Below the pieces are notes generated by a model. That model had not been told where the DNA came from. It saw nothing but the letters and a program-made list of their open reading frames with translations, and ran no database searches. Positions 62,701 to 64,000 of a stretch of 64,000 nucleotides of DNA are shown here, in pieces. The DNA lies in the NCBI GenBank assembly GCA_964016885.1, contig OZ024743.1:341062001-341126000 (forward strand), written 5' to 3'. The DNA comes from Eledone cirrhosa (lineage: Eukaryota). The first letter of the stretch is position 1; every line of letters begins with the position of its first letter. Position numbers and translations under genes: made by a program.

Positions 62701-63475
62701 TGTGAACACTTCAGGTTATACGACATTCCTAACGTCTTCACGAACCAAAGTATCATCTTCCTGTTTTCTTTCGATTGCAACGTTTTTCGAAATATTTAAT
62801 TCTGCGTTCACAGATTGAGTATTTTAGTTTCAGAAAATCCTGTTAAGAGTGAAAGCAGCGATTCTTTGCTTAACCTTGATTTTACTTTTGACCGGCCACC
62901 TTCCGCAATGGAAGGTTGTAATGTAAAGAACATTTTCGTTGTTCCTTGTTTAATCGTTTATCCTTTGATTCGCAATTTTGAAGGATCCAGATATCGCTTT
63001 CATTTATAGCTTATGAATTACTTAGCTACATTCCTTTTTTACATTTCCAAGTTCAATCATGCTTTGGTCCAAGTTGGTAGTTATAGTTACAATAATAATA
63101 GTTATGAAGCTGAACATGTAGTTTTCGTACTGAATCTGTACACTCACCAATGATCTTTAGGTATCTTCTGGATTTTTCTTACTAAATTGACATCGAGTGG
63201 GCAGCTTATCTACAACATCTCTAGTAGAGATTAAAGGAGAGACACAAAATAATTACAAAAGTAATCACTTAGGAGGTCAAAGAATGTGTGACGAAAGAAA
63301 TGTGACAATCAAAAACCACTAAACACACATTTGGTTATTAAACTAACCGTCTGGTGAATCCAAGAAGTGCGTGTGTTTTATTGTCACCATGAATTTCCCA
63401 AACTATAACAGTATCTATTTCTACACAGTATCTATTTCTAACAAATATTGCAACACCAATACGAAACGAAGTAAA

Positions 63476-63555
<80 letters not shown>

Positions 63556-63581
63556 ATATATATATGTGTGTGTATATATAT

Positions 63582-64000
63582 ATGATGGCTGCAAACTCTG
63601 CTATAAGCACTGCAATTGCTTGTCAGATTATAGAGTTTCGTGCACGTTTAGGCAACGGCCAGCCATACAAACCTTTAACATATACTGAACGAGCAATGCC
63701 TGTATTTTGAAGGTTTTTTAAGTAGGGAAAAGCCTTGCACGCGACCAATCCCACTCTCTGAGCATCGAAAACACTACCCGAAAAGGAGAACTGGTCAACA
63801 TCATCAGATGCTTCCCAAGCCGCAGGAATTTTTTTTTTCAGAGTTTCCCTCTCCTAGAAAGGTGTTGTGATTAAAACTGTGGGCCTTTCACTCCCAGGTG
63901 AAAAAGAAAAATACTATTTCGATGGCTGTTAACTCTGCTGAGTTCCTTCGCCCATTGCCGGGTCTTGTATTTCATCAATGAAGGGTGTCCAAATATCACC
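63582..64000 (-). mobile_element. Divergent non-autonomous RTE-like element running off the right edge
   Basis: Matches 49374-49838 in reverse (atgatggctg.aaactct...tcagagtttccctctcctagaaaggt...ctgctgagttcctt). Confidence 0.78.

Overview
Eukaryotic, AT-rich, microsatellite-dense DNA with no recognisable intact host gene. The SINE families and the (TA)n/(CATA)n load resemble octopus/cephalopod genomes; this is my inference and was not checked. The window is almost entirely mobile DNA. (1) From about 1.4 to 17.4 kb and from 33.7 to 38.6 kb there are head-to-tail stacks of Tx1/L1-type (APE-RT) LINEs, an R4/Dong-type (RT-RLE) LINE and tRNA-SINEs, all inserted in (ATT)n tracts. (2) A nearly intact R4/Dong LINE sits in a (CATA)n tract at 51.5-55.7 kb. 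(3) There are five copies of a ~0.6-kb non-autonomous, probably RTE-derived element; one has a twin-priming 5' inversion and one has a ~120-bp target duplication. (4) A non-autonomous Helitron is present. (5) Invisible to the ORF track, at least five distinct families of short non-coding repeats carry type-I hammerhead ribozyme folds (Penelope/retrozyme-like). One is fully canonical. Two have a recurrent non-canonical core (CCGAAGA, CAGAAGA) with intact or covarying stems, and some are arranged as inverted repeats anchored at the ribozyme. All calls were made by eye; element boundaries are approximate to a few bases unless stated.
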